Shown: positions 31,879-45,368 of the stretch, one piece after another
How the letters are laid out: each line of letters begins with the position of its first letter
How positions within the stretch are numbered: position 1 is the first letter of the stretch
Assembly (NCBI GenBank): GCA_964016885.1
Contig: OZ024747.1
Coordinates: forward strand, 68,448,001 to 68,512,000
DNA length: 64,000 nt
DNA from: Eledone cirrhosa
Taxonomy: Eukaryota
Direction of reading: 5' to 3'
Position numbers and translations under genes: made by a program
The notes under the pieces: generated by a model
The model's input: the letters and a program-made list of their open reading frames with translations, nothing else
Told to the model about the DNA's origin: nothing
Databases searched by the model: none

Positions 31879-32007
31879 AATGAAAAGTATAGAAATTATT
31901 GTAGCAAGAAGCCAACAGTATATATATATATAATCATAGTAATAAAACACAAGTAGACATTATGTTAGATTTATCTGGGAAATGGTAATTCGAAATCTCC
32001 CTCCCAA

Positions 32008-32428
<421 letters not shown>

Positions 32429-32489
32429 AGGTCCATTCATGTTGACCTCTTATATATATCTTATATACATATATGTATATATTACATAG

Positions 32490-33400
32490 ATGATACTAAA
32501 CTTCTTTGCCAACTTATTCCTGAGAAGTTTGTGAGGGCAAAGTCGGCAGGGGTGCTATTGGTGGCAACCTTCTTCAATTATCGGAGAGCAGCCAAGGTTA
32601 TGGATATTATCCAACTAACTTGTGGTCTACCTCTTCGCCTCCTGGCCGGTCACTTGCTCGTAAAATTTGTCCTGGGATTCTTTCTTGGGACAATTTAACC
32701 ATATGTATCACAGACCTGTCACCTCTCTCCCTTTCAACTCTTGAGGTGGGTGGGAGATATCTTCTTTTCTGAAAATGGTATAGCTTTCATTATGTAAAAC
32801 CTCCCCATTTTACCTCATTTCTCTTTGGGGCACTTTTTTTCATGCTACTCCCCGTTGGGTTTTTAGAAGTTGGCAGGTCTGTGTATGTAGTACCGAAGAT
32901 GTGATCTCTCAATGCGGAAATATAGCGGTTCAACCTGCAGTAACTTGCTGATCTCCGAGTTATGTAACATTACTCCAGAGACGCTTTGGAGGAACCCCAT
33001 TACATCTGCTTGTATTCACCATCATATTCTTTCAATCACTACTAAAATTTCATAACCATAGGGAAGGGTAGGCACGAATTCCCAATCGAAGTTAGTGACT
33101 TTACACTTACTTCCTTTCATCCGGTGACTAAGTATTAAAGATAGCGCATTATTGCTCGAGCTCCAACAATTCTTGCATTTAATTCAGCCTCCTGCATTCC
33201 AACACATATGAAACCTCGAGAGATTTAAACTTCACCTCCAGCTTCAGTGCAATGTAAATCCACTCACAGGCAAAATGCCCTTCACAGGCTTTCTAAGGTA
33301 GATTTCTCAGCTTTCCCAAAGCTGATTTTCGTTCCTTCCATGCAGAACTCGGCAGAAAAGCTATCCGGTACAAGTCGTAGATCGACTTCCAACACTAAGC
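32490..33400 (-). mobile_element. Degenerate RTE-clade LINE 3' remnant
   Basis: Minus strand: IQADVMGFLQSVSGVMLHNSEISKLLQVEPLYFRIERSHLRYY; homologous to 35770-36215. Confidence 0.7.
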
Positions 33401-33490
33401 TTCAACCAATTATAACATCTGTAAACTTCAAAGCGATTCGATAAATGAACCATCAAACCATAATATTTATCTATTTTGTATTTGTATGTT

Positions 33491-33524
<34 letters not shown>

Positions 33525-34095
33525 CTATATATATATATATCCACACACACCCCATTCACTCTTATCAAGCGTGAAACTAATAATATTTGTAACATTTTAT
33601 TCCTGCGTTTTTTGTTTTCTGTTATTCCGAACTATATCTATCTATATCTATATATGTGTGTCTGTGTGTGTCTGTGTGTGTGTGTATGGAGGGGAGTATG
33701 TAAACATGTGTGCGTGAATACATTTATATATACGTACACACATAGCTATATACATACATGCATACATACATACATACATACATACATACATACATACATA
33801 CATACATACATACATACATACATACATACATACATACATACATACATACATACATACATAAGATGTAAGTTATAGAATCTACCACACTCCCACCCTCTCC
33901 ACCGATTAATGTGTTATTTCTAAAAAAAAATGTTATACTTTTGGGGAAAATAAATTCAATTTTATGCCAAATAACATCCATCGCAGAATACTTCTTGTCG
34001 TTCTTCCTCGGGAAATTCTTGAGACGGAATAATAAAAAGAGGAGAAATTATTTGTTTAGTAATATGTCATATTGCATGCAGGGATAGAACGCACT

Positions 34096-34173
<78 letters not shown>

Positions 34174-34289
34174 GTGTGTGTATGTAAATATATATATCGA
34201 CAGTCGATTGACTTTCGCCAAATTGGACCGAGTAAACAATGTTTCCGTTGGTCTTTCCAATTGCTAATACTCTCTATCGGTCGCAATTC

Positions 34290-34420
34290 CTGGTAGAGGG
34301 TGCAACGTGAAATAAAGTGTCTTGCTCAAGGACATAACGCATCGCCCGGTCCAGGAATCGAACTTACAAACTCACGATTCTGAATCCAATTCTCTTACCA
34401 CTCAGCCACGCGCCTTCACT
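34290..34420 (-). mobile_element. SINE family B head fragment
   Basis: gcaacgtgaaataaagtgtcttgctcaaggaca...ggaatcgaac...accactcagccacgcgcc. Confidence 0.75.
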
Positions 34421-34959
34421 ATCTAAACTATAATAAAGGAAGGTCTGCGGGACTGCGTACGGTTTATTTCTTTTAATCCAGTTAGTAAAATAAGTTGGAT
34501 TGCTTTGAATAAATAATGAATGAACATTACATAATTTATCTACTAAATTTCGTAAACATAAATAATTTCATAAAAATAAATAATTTAAAATTGACTTCTT
34601 TTCAAAGTTGCACTTCCGGTATATCGTCGCCATCACCACAACTTCAACTACCATATATATAGAGAGAGTGTGTGATGAGAGAGATAGAGTGATTATGATT
34701 TTCTACACGCTGACGCGTATGAGTGTGCACATACATACATCTATATGTATGAGTATATAATTATATGAGTATATATCGCGCAAACACAAACTTATAAAAA
34801 TACACCCTCACGGACATAATTCACACAAATACACATACATTCACACATACTTTCACACAAGCATACATACATTAACACATACATTTACACAAACACACAC
34901 ATAGTCATGATAGCAGCGTTCGGTGAAATTGGAAATGGGAGGGTAAAAGAGGTATAACG

Positions 34960-35625
34960 TTTTATTTATTTAACTCTTTATTTATTTATTAACTCTTCTT
35001 TTTTAAACTCATTTACTATAATGGTTACAGAAGGAAAACACTAACAAATATAATATATACAAAGGAAAGGCAAAGGAAAAAAAGAATGAGAAAAAATACA
35101 CAAGCAGGTAATACACACATCTTAGGCCACAGAACAATATGCAGGCGAAAGATTGGAAAAACGAGCCGCTACCAGAGCAAAAGATAGCAATATAGCGAGG
35201 AACACTGGGAAACCTCTCTAATAATTTTTGAGGCAGGCCAGCACGCTCGCAGCGTTACCTGGGGTGATGGCGAGGCTGAGGTGCTGGAATAACCAAGTGC
35301 CCTCACGAGCATCACCAGTTACCACTGTTTGGCGAGCCGCCAGTGAAGATAAGAATCTCGCTGTCAGTAGCCCGACTCCCTCGAACACCACAGCTGGATA
35401 ATGTAGTTAGCTGACAGAACACGGTATTTTAGGATTTTGTTCCGTTCAGCTGCGGATGCTGTAGCTCTCGCCCTTACCGCTGCTTCCAGAATGGGGGAAG
35501 AAGCAAAAGAGTCACTAACTGTGACGTCAAGTATTTTCCCATCAATTCAGGAAAACCCAGACGGTTCCAAAGTAGAGGGGATGTTTGTCCGGGCCAAAGC
35601 TCTTGAGTGGTAATAGGACAGTGTA
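34960..35625 (-). mobile_element. CRE-clade (RLE-type) non-LTR retrotransposon 3' remnant
   Basis: Minus strand: DVTVSDSFA...ASAAERNKILKY...TGDAREGTWLFQHLSLAITPGNAASVL, matching the CRE C-terminal RLSIAIQRGNAASVL motif. A-rich tail. Confidence 0.7.
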
Positions 35626-35769
35626 TGTATGTGCGCGCGCGTGAGTTTGTCGGCATTCTTAAATTAGAGACACGTGTGTCACTGTTTTTAAATTAGACAT
35701 ATATATGTGTGTATCCTTTTCCTTCCTTTTACACATACATACATTCACACAAACACACATACACATTGC

Positions 35770-36215
35770 GTGATGGACGAGTGGACAGAAGTCCCTCAAA
35801 TGTATATACATGTGAATGGAGTTCTACTGAAGCAGTTAGAGAAGTTCAAGTATCTTGGAGATGAGTGATGGAATGAAGGAGGCTGAATTAAGTGCAAGAA
35901 TTGCAAAAGCTGATGCAGTAATGCGCCAGCTTCAGCATTCAGCAATCAGATGAAGGGGGGGTAAGTGTAAAAGCCAAACTCGCTGTCTTCCTGGTCTTCC
36001 TGCCAACTCTTACCGAGGATCATGACTCTTGAGTAATGACCAAAAGAGTACAATTGCAAATAAAAGTGGCAGAAATGGAATTACTTGATAAAGTGCATAA
36101 CTCAGAGACCAGAGAGTCACTCCTGGTAGAGGCGCTACTTCTCCGAATTGAGAGATCACAACTCCGATATTATAAGCATGTTGTTAGAATATCTCAGTAA
36201 AGAATCGCTGGACAC
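35770..36215 (+). mobile_element. Degenerate RTE-clade LINE fragment
   Basis: VNGVLLKQLEKFKYLG...ELSARIAKADAVMRQL...VEALLLRIERSQLRYYKHVVR. Confidence 0.75.
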
Positions 36216-36227
36216 ATAATAAATAAG

Positions 36228-36632
36228 TGTGGGTAATATGGTTGGTAAAATGATTATTGTGGGTAGTGGTAGGTAAAATTATTATTATGGGTAAAATGGT
36301 GGATAAAATTATTATTGTGGGTAAAATAATTATTATGGGTTAAATGGTGGGGAAAATGGTAGGTAAAATAATTATTGTGGGTAAAGCTGTGGGTAAAATT
36401 ATTATTGTGGGTAGTGGTAGGTAAAATGATTATTGTGGGTAAAATGGTGGGTAAAATAATTATAGTGGGTATAATGATTATTGTGGGTAAAGTGGTGGGT
36501 AAAATAATTATTTTGGGTAAAACGGTGGGTAAAATGTAGGTAAATAATTATTGTGGGTAAAATGGTGGGTAAAATTATTATTGTGGGTAAAAAGGTGGGT
36601 AAAATGGTAGGTAAAATAATTATTGTGGGTAA
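36228..36632. repeat. Minisatellite of tgggtaaaat(ggt / aattattg) units
   Basis: Alternating ~12- and ~18-bp units are directly visible. Confidence 0.9.
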
Positions 36633-37125
36633 AAAACGGAACCCCTCCAAATAAAAAACGGGACCCCAAATAAAAAACGGACCCCCCAAATAAAAAACGG
36701 ATCCTCCATTAATAAAAAATGGATCCCCCCAAATGAAAAACGGATACCCCAAATAAAAAACGGCCCCCAAATAAAAAACGGATCCCCAAATAAAAAAACG
36801 CCCCCCCCCCCCCATAAAAACGGAACCCCAAATAAAAAACGCCCCCCACCCACCCAAATAAAAAACGGATCCCAAAATTATAAACGGTCCCCCAAATAAA
36901 AAATGGATCTCCAAATAAAAAACGGACCCCTTCCCAAAAACAGATCTCCCCAAATGAAAAACGGCCCCCATTTAAAAATCCGACCCCTTCCCCAAAACGG
37001 ATCCCCCATAAATAAAAAATGTATCCCCAAAATTAAAAATGGATACTCCCAAATAAAAAACGGACCCCCAAATAAAAAACGGGCCCTCCCAAATAAAAAA
37101 CGGATCCCCAAATAAAAAACGCCAA
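36633..37125. repeat. Minisatellite of ~18-20-bp ccccaaataaaaaacgga units
   Basis: Directly visible, more than 20 diverged copies. Confidence 0.9.
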
Positions 37126-37169
37126 TACTGCCAATCCACCCAAAATATATATAAATATTCAATATCCAT

Positions 37170-37490
37170 GGTGAATTGGCAGTATCAGTAGAGGGTTGGA
37201 CGCCATGTTTTCTAGCATAGTTACGTCCCTTTACAGTCTGAGTTCAAATCCCGCCGAGGTTAACTTTGCCTTTCATCCTTACGGGGTCGATAAAATAAAG
37301 TACCAGTAATGTACTGGTAATTGATGGCCTTGTGCCAAAAGTGGAAACAATTATTCTAAGAAATAATTGTTTCTACGTTAGGCACCAGGCCAGCAATTAT
37401 CCAGTACATTACTGGTACTTTATTTTATCGACCCCGTAAGGATGAAAGGCAAAGTTAACCTCGGCGGGATTTGAACTCAGAATGGCAAGG
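37170..37490. mobile_element. Tail-to-tail pair of SINE family A copies (+ 37170-37355; - 37363-37490)
   Basis: Core and its reverse complement are adjacent. The second copy is bracketed by tctaagaaataat direct repeats. Confidence 0.85.
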
Positions 37491-37949
37491 CCAATCTAAG
37501 AAATAATGGATATTGAATATATTTTTTTTTTTTCAAAGATACGAGTTGAAAATCGTTTTTGTGTGAAACGGGGTGTTCTCAAGTATGGTTTGGTAATTGC
37601 TGTGGAATTAACTCTATACCCTACTCTTATGAATGAAAATGCCCAAAATAATTCAAATAATAACGATATAAATGGTACCAGAAGGATGATTTTCAGATGT
37701 AAAACTTGAAGAAATCAAATGAAAAGTAGTTACTGAATATATAGAAGATGATTTTGAAGAGGTTGAAGTGCAGGAGGGTTAAAAGAGTGTTGATGAAGTA
37801 TACCTGATTAAGCTGAAGAAGAAAGGATTGTAGGTGTAAATACAGCTGGAATCGTTTTTGATCGTCAGAATGTTGGCTTAAATAATGTGATGACTGCAGA
37901 TGATCAAAACTTCAACGATGTGTGATTTTAAGAAAGCTGACCAATGCTA

Positions 37950-38560
37950 GTTGAAACAAGAAATAAAGGGAGTAAATAAATTGGTGAAATATATGGAAAC
38001 ACGTAGCATAACAGAAATCAACTGGATTATCAAGAAGGCGAGTAGAATTGTTTACAGAAACAAAAAACAAGGCCTGGTGAAAAAGTAGAATTCTTGGAGA
38101 TATAATCAGACTTGTTGCTGACGATGCATAATTAGATCGAATAAGAAGGAGCTGAGAACTATTTATAAATATAACAAATTAAGGAGAAAATATGATATGG
38201 ATAAAAAAAGGTCTCAGTGTTATAGTAGAACAGAAACAGCGATTTTGGAAAAGAGAGGGAAAATACAGAGATTTGGTCAAAGGATAAAGCTGTACAGACA
38301 AAACATGCTGTTCCAGGTTGGTCAGAAAAGAGAAACAGTGTAGCATATTGTTAGTGAGTGTATAAAGCTGACACAGAGAATATAAAAGATTACACGACAA
38401 TGTCACAAGAATTATACATTGGCGTTTTATATGAAACAAATTACTCTTCAGATTGTGAAAACATTGCTGACACCGAGGAATGCATTGATGAATTTCAATG
38501 ATTTTCGAATGCAGCAATTATAAGAAAGTGTATCAAACATAAGAGTTCTTGGTATACATA
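37950..38560 (+). mobile_element. Degenerate R4/Dong-like RLE LINE remnant
   Basis: KRETV*HIVSECIKLTQREYKRLHDNVTRIIHWR resembles the zinc-knuckle/RHD region of R4-clade elements. Confidence 0.6.
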
Positions 38561-38647
38561 ACAGTAAATAAACTGGCTGGTCACGACTAGAATGATCTCA
38601 ATAATAAATCTGCTGAATCAGAGCTAACCTTGGACCAAGCAACAGTA

Positions 38648-38965
38648 ATAATTGTTTCTACTTTTGGCACAAGGCCAGCAATTACCCCAGTGCATTACTA
38701 GTACTTTATTTTATCGACCCCGTAAGGATGAAATGCAAAGTTAACCTCGGCGGGATTTGAACTCAGACCGTAAAGGGGCGTAATTCTATGCTACAAAGCA
38801 TGGCGTCCGACCCTCTACCGATACTCCCAATCCACCTAACAACACCTGTTTGTCAACTGTCAGTATTGTGTTAACTTTGCCTTTCATCCTTACAGGGTGG
38901 ATAAAATAAAGTACCAGTAATTTACTGGGTAATTGCTGGCCTTGTACTAAAAGTAGAAACAATTA
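38648..38965. mobile_element. Divergent pair of SINE family A copies (- 38648-38836; + 38870-38965)
   Basis: Family core in both orientations. Confidence 0.85.
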
Positions 38966-39654
38966 TTGTGTTAGTTTTTGTTTTGTTTTTGTTTTTGAGT
39001 TGATGTTGTTGTTATTGCTGTTGTTGATTTTGGAGTTGCCGTTGTTGTTGTTGTTGTTAATGCTACTGCCGTTGTTACTATAGTTTGTTTTTTGTTACTG
39101 TTGCTGTAGTAGTTGTTATTGTTGAAGATATTGTTATTGTTGTTATAGTAGTTGTTTTTGTTATTGAAGTTGTCATTTAAAGTTAATAAAATATCGATTT
39201 TTCCTTCATCGTATTATCTCGTTCGAGAATACTCTGCGCATGCGCGCGCGCGTGTGTGTGTGTGTGCGTGTGCGTGCATGTATGTGTGTGCGTGTGCGTG
39301 CATGTATGTGTGTGCATGTGTGTGTGTGTATGTGTGTGTGTGTGACTTTTGCATATACGTATTCATGTATCTATGTAGGCGTATATTATGTGTGTACGCG
39401 CGTGCGATTTTTACATGTGCGCATGTATGTGTGTAAGCATTTATTTATATATGCATGAATGTGTAAGTGTGTACGTATGATTTTTACATGAGTATGTGTA
39501 TATGTACATATATGTATATGTGCGCACGTATGCATTTGTTATCTTTTCTTTAATTATTCAGCTCCAAATATTCCTATACAATTAACAATTCGCAACAAAT
39601 TTCCACTTCATTGCACTAGAATTTTTTTTATTAAAAAATATATGTAATATATGA

Positions 39655-40348
39655 TAATACAATATAATATAATATAATACAATATAATATAATATAATAC
39701 AATATAATACAATATAATATAATATAATATAATATAATACAATATAATATAATATAATATAATATAATATAATACAATATAATATAATACAATATAATAT
39801 AATATAATACAATATAATATAATATAATACAATATAATACAATATAATATAATATAATATAATATAATACAATATAATATAATATAATATAATATAATAT
39901 AATATAATATAATACAATATAATATAATATAATATAATATAATATAATATAATATAATATAATATAATATAATACAATATAATATAATATAATATAATAT
40001 AATACAATATAATATAATATAATATAATACAATATAATATAATATAATACAATATAATATAATATAATATAATACAATATAATATAATATAATACAATAT
40101 AATATAATATAATACAATATAATACAATATAATATAATATAATATAATATAATACAATATAATATAATATAATACAATATAATATAATATAATATAATAT
40201 AATATAATATAATATAATATAATATAATATAATATAATATAATACAATATAATATAATATAATATAATATAATATAATACAATATAATATAATATAATAC
40301 AATATAATATAATATAATACAATATAATACAATATAATATAATATATT
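39655..40348. repeat. (AATAT)n pentanucleotide satellite with AATAC variants
   Basis: Directly visible. Confidence 0.97.
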
Positions 40349-40707
40349 GTAATATAATCATGAGCGTAGTCATCATCGCAATAATTGACATATCTCGACA
40401 TTTCCTTTTAATCGTGTCATATAAGTTACTTGGCATTTAATTATCGAATGTAGTGATGGCTTGTGAAATTAATGTGTACGTGGCTGAGCATTCCACAGTC
40501 ACGAGTGCTCTTAACGTAATTTTCAGGGAGATTCAACGTGGCACAGTGTGTGACAAGGCTGACTCTTTGAATTAATGGACAGTCTATCCTAAGGACTTCC
40601 AGCTATTTTCCGTCAACCAAATTTCATCCCAAAACATGGGTCGGTTCGAAGTTATGGTAGAGAACACTTGCCCAATATGACGTGCTGTGGGATCGGCCAT
40701 GCCAAGT

Positions 40708-40850
40708 TCATTCAATGCACATAATGTCAAGGTGAGTTACTCTTGCCGAGACAATATCATTTCCAGCATCGCACGTTACAACAAAAAAAAACAATATACA
40801 CCTATACAAATTTCACCCCAAACATTCATCTGTCCGCTGAGAGGATCTTT
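40708..40850 (+). pseudogene. Short Naiad-type PLE linker fragment
   Basis: FNAHNVKVSYSCRDNIISSIARYNKKK...CPLRG is homologous to LNRSTVKFSYSTTNNIKQNISAYN...CPLKG at ~20630-20820. Confidence 0.65.
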
Positions 40851-41039
40851 CCGAAGTAGGGGTCTACAGGGCGGCACTCATTCCATCTGGTGGTATCTCG
40901 AGGTACTAAAGAGACGTGGAACCAGTGATTTCAAAGTAAGATATATTGTAATTTAATCTTTTTTTGTTCAATCTCACCCTTGGCTAAACTGGGTTAACCT
41001 TCATCATCGGCATTTACATCACTACTGCTTCACCCTCAC

Positions 41040-41625
41040 CATTACTACTACCACCACCGACACACCACCACCAGCACCACAACAACAACAACAACAACAA
41101 CAACACAATCGTGGCTGCCATCTCCACCACAACCAGGAAGATCACCAACATCACTTCTATCATCGCTGTAGATGTCACAATTGTCACCGGTGCCATACAA
41201 TGGTGACCGCCATTGTCACTACAACCTCCGGTACACTCCGGTACAACCACGACCATCCCCAACATCATTGCTATCACATCTATCCCCCACCACCACCGTC
41301 ACCGCCGCCATCACTACCACCACTTCCACCAACACCTCCGCCGCCACCACCACCGCCAACACCACGGCACCGCCGCCACCACCACCAGCACTGCACCACC
41401 GCTGCCACTACCACCGCCACCACCAACACCTCCGCCGCCACCACCACCGCCAACACCACGGCACCGCCGCCACCACCACCACCACCAGCACTGCACCACC
41501 GCCGCCACCACCACCACCACCAGCACTGCACCACCGCCGCCACCACCACCACCACCAGCACTGCACCACCGCCACCACCAACACCGTCACCACCACCACA
41601 ACCACCACTACCACCGTCACCACTG
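41040..41625. repeat. GC-rich (CCA)n-derived repeat with higher-order units (caccagcactgcaccaccgccg)
   Basis: Directly visible. Confidence 0.85.
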
Positions 41626-41890
41626 GTGAAAGGATACATAGATGTGGGAGTGGAGGAGAATAAAGAGGGAGGGAATAGGAGATGATAGAAAGGGTGTGAG
41701 TAAGAGGAGAGTTAGTGGGGTAGACTGAGATAACATGCAGGTAATGTGTTAAAAATCGATGAAATAAGATTCAGCTGTGGGGTGGAGTGTCACAGTGATT
41801 CAGATTGGAATGTGATGGATGTTTGGGTGGTTGGTTAGATAAATTGGTGGATAGATCGATAGTTGAATGGTTGGCTGGATGAATGGATGG

Positions 41891-42386
41891 TTAACTCTTT
41901 CATTACCATATTTCCGATGAAATGCACTACTTATGTATCTCAATATGTTTCAATTGGAAATAATCCAATATTTGTCAGAATTTAATAAAATAACTAAATT
42001 CTTTCTTTAGTCAGCCAATATTTAGAAAGTTAACAGGAGTTTCTCAAATAAAATTATGGAGGAAGCTTTTAATATAAAAATAAACAAGGGCGGTGGATTG
42101 GCAGTATCGGTAGAGCGTCAGACACCATGCTTTGCAGCATAGAGTTATGGCCCTTTACGTTCTGAGTTCAAATCCCGCCAAGGTTAACTTTGCCTTTCAT
42201 CCTTACGGGGTCGATAAAATAAAGTACCAGTCACGCACTGGGGTCGATTTAATCGACTCTCCCTTTCCCCCAAATTGTTGGCCTTGTGGCTAAATGAGAA
42301 ACCAATATAAGAATAAACCTTTCTAAATTAAGTTTTCTATCACAAATCCAAGGCTGTTTCAAGCAGTTTCGTATCAAGAGGGTGAA
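41891..42386. mobile_element. piggyBac-like MITE remnant interrupted by a SINE; related copy at 55365-55608
   Basis: Starts ttaactctttcattaccatattt (ttaaccctttcattaccatattt at 55365), ends gtatcaagagggtgaa. Confidence 0.5.
42089..42307 (+). mobile_element. Full-length SINE family A
   Basis: ggcggtggattggcagtatcggtagagcgtc...gagttcaaatcccgcc...ttggccttgtggctaaatgagaaaccaat. Confidence 0.9.
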
Positions 42387-42690
42387 GGCGCGTTGCTTTG
42401 TGGTTAGTGTATTCGGCTCACAATCGTAAGTTCATGAGTTCGATTCCTGGCGGCGCGTTGTGTCCTTGAAAAAGATACTTTATTTCATGTTACTCCAGTA
42501 CACTCAGCTGGCAAAAATGAGTTGTACCTGTAATTCGAAGGGCCAGCCTTGTCACATTATGTGTTACGCTGAATCTCCCTGAGAATTACGTTATGGGTAC
42601 GCGTATCTGTGGAATGCTCAGTCACTTTTTCCTTAATTTCACTCTCAGGCTGTTTCGTTAATCGTATCAACTGGAACCCTCGTCGTCGTA
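42386..42690 (+). mobile_element. SINE family B variant
   Basis: aggcgcgttgctttgtggtta, gagttcgattcc, tgtgtccttga, ctccagtacactcagctggcaaaaatgagt. Confidence 0.75.
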
Positions 42691-42867
42691 AAGTATCAAG
42701 ATTGTTAATATAAGGGATGGATAGATTGGTGGGGGATTATGATGCCTATATAGTTAATATAGACTGTTGGGTAGAGAAATAAATGGATGGGTGATTAGAT
42801 GATTCGATGGATGCTGCACGGTTGGGTGATCCGGTGGCTGGGTTGTTGGGTGATTAGTTGTATAGAA

Positions 42868-43093
42868 CAGGCATGTCAAACATGCAGGCTGTATGTGGTC
42901 CTTTACAAGCACACCTGCGGCCCGCACAAAGGTTTTTACAGCGCGAACATGTTTTATCTTCGTAATATAAAATCTAAAATATATTAGTTGTAGTGTGTGG
43001 CCCTCACACAACACATATGTGACCCATGTGGCCCTCACACAACACATATGTGACCCATGTGACCCTCGGGGGACCCTCAGTTTGACATACCTG
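42868..43093. mobile_element. hAT-type MITE with 8-bp TSD
   Basis: TIRs caggcatgtcaaac / gtttgacatacctg (13/14). TSD gtatagaa at 42860-42867 and 43094-43101. Internal ~32-bp tandem duplication. Confidence 0.9.
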
Positions 43094-43220
43094 GTATAGA
43101 ATATACACACCCTACCATTTGTTACACTAAGGAAGTAGATTTTCCTTGTCCATCGGACACCTTATCAATGTCAATGATATATTTAAAGTCTAATTGATGC
43201 CTTCGTTGGACATTATGACA

Positions 43221-43322
43221 TAATTGTTTCTACTTTAGGCACAAGGCCAGCAATTACCCAGTGCATTACAGGTACTTTATTTTAACGACCCCGTAAGGAT
43301 GAAAGGCAAAGTCAACCTCGGC
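43221..43322 (-). mobile_element. SINE family A 3' fragment
   Basis: Family core in reverse orientation. Confidence 0.8.
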
Positions 43323-44008
43323 ATAATGACATATCAACTTTCATATCAAAATCTTATGTCCAACCCCATTTTTCACCCAGAGAACATTCTAGAAGTTTTT
43401 TTTATCACGTGATAGCATGTTAGAAAACTACCTGAAGAGTTCATTTCTTAGAAGAATTTCTCAAGGTATTTATCATTTTAACTTAGCATTCATTAATACT
43501 CACACAGGAGTAAGTTTATTTTTAGTATAATTAATAGGTGAGTTATAGTATATATTACTTTTTCTACGTGGTAATGTTACGGTGATCTAATATAGTGGAA
43601 ATAAACGAATGTGATGTGCGGTCTATTATCGCACTTGCTGATCAATGTATTTATAGTTGTGTTTATCAAGGACATTATATTTGTAATGTTCTTCTGAACC
43701 ATACATTATTATAGACTTCAAGTAAATCTTTGTCAACTTACCATCTTCATTTCATATAGTTTCCCTTGCTTGTTTATTTAAATAGACTTCTTTTAGCCTT
43801 CTGGTTTCTTCACATTTAAGTTTCTCTTGCAGATATATCCATTATAGATGGATGAATCCATTTATCCCTTTATCCAAGAATCCATAAATCCATATATCCA
43901 TCCACCCTTCCATTCATCTACCCGGCCAACCAGCCAGCTAGACATTCATTCCCCATCCACCATCAGTCATAGGTTGAATTGCAACATTACACTATCTATG
44001 TGTGTGTG

Positions 44009-44058
<50 letters not shown>

Positions 44059-44496
44059 TGTCTGTGTGTGTTTCAACACTGAAGAGAAGCTATATTGGAA
44101 ACGCCAACACATGTAGCCTGTAGAGAAATATAGAGGGTGGAATGGAGGGGATGTGACTTGCTGTATGTTTAACACTCACTCCTTGTATTACTGCCATGAT
44201 ACCCCAGGGAATATTCCCAGAGGGGAAGGAAGATCCATGTGGCACATAATTGATGATACCAACGAAAAGCTGTGAGACACAAAGATACGTGTGAGAGGAG
44301 TGGAAAGAGGAGAAATCATAGAGTTTGGTAAGATAGGAAGGAAAAGCATAGAGATAAAGAGGGACAAGGGGACAGAGAGAGAATGAGAGAGAGAGGGGGA
44401 GGAGAAGAAAGGTCTGATGTTAGAATGCAATACTGAACAATCCTGCACCCTCCATCTGCAGAATATATATATGTGTACGTGTATTACGTGTTTATA

Positions 44497-44557
<61 letters not shown>

Positions 44558-44699
44558 ATACTTTGGGAGGGTCATGTTGCCAATAAGAAACACACGCACC
44601 AGTTGCTTTCACTTCAATTTATTATATATTTATAAATTTACAAATTTATAAATTTCTGGTTGGTTGGTTGGTTCCACAACCAGATAGTTGTTTATATAT

Positions 44700-44744
44700 A
44701 GTCATAGTCCTTTCGTCACACACTCTGTGACCTCTTCAGTGACT
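44700..44744 (-). ncRNA. Minimal type I hammerhead ribozyme
   Basis: Minus strand: agtca CTGAAGA g gtcac agagtgt gtgac GAAA ggac TA tgact. Confidence 0.85.
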
Positions 44745-44956
44745 GGGGATTCCTTTCTTTGTTTCTGTGCCTCTCCTTTGTTCTGTCCTACGCCATTTTG
44801 TTTCTGTGTGTGTGTTGTGTGCTCAGTTTGCGCATGCGCCACATCCGGGTGTCTGTGTGTGTTTATGTTCATTTATCTATTTGTTTATTTATTTATTTAT
44901 TTACATGTTATTGGTCGGTTGTTTGTTCTCTGTGTGTGTGTGTTTTCATTTTGTCC

Positions 44957-45368
44957 TTAATTGTAAGTTGTGATGTTGCTGTTCCACTCATATTTTCTAT
45001 TTAATTTTGGTTGTAATTCTTTTATGTTTATTGCCTCTGTAATTTGTCTAAACATTGCATCTTTTCTGTGTGTAGATTCTATTTTTATTTCTATGTTCTC
45101 TAATTTACCCTTGTGTTCTATCTTAGCATGTTGGTAGAGTACAGATGATTCTTTATTATCTTGAAGGTCTCGCCAGTGTTCATTTATCCGTTCCCCTATA
45201 CTACGAGCTGTCTCACCTATGTACACTATATTTTTGTTTCTACATTGTCCTTCAGTACATCTTATGCTATACACTACATTTCTAGTTTTACAGTTAATAT
45301 GGGGGCTTATTTTACAGGTTATACATTTCTTATCTATACATGAGGGTCTTTGGAACGGGTATGTCTTG
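44957..45368 (-). pseudogene. PLE GIY-YIG endonuclease domain (5'-truncated)
   Basis: CIDKKCITC, NCKTRNVVYSIRC...YIGETARSIGERINEH, H, RQITEAINI...PKLNRKYE. Confidence 0.9.

Noticed and set aside
34420-34960. Possible Helitron (tctaaactataataaagg start)
   Set aside because: No convincing 3' hairpin plus CTAG end could be located.
36228-37125. CRISPR-like array, telomeric repeat or coding ORFs (GSVFYL repeats)
   Set aside because: There are no unique spacers, the context is eukaryotic, the unit is not TTAGGG-like, and the ORFs are repeat translations in multiple frames.
41014-41685. Pro/Thr/His-rich ORFs resembling formin or mucin segments
   Set aside because: (CCA)n-derived repeat open in all six frames with no adjoining domain sequence.
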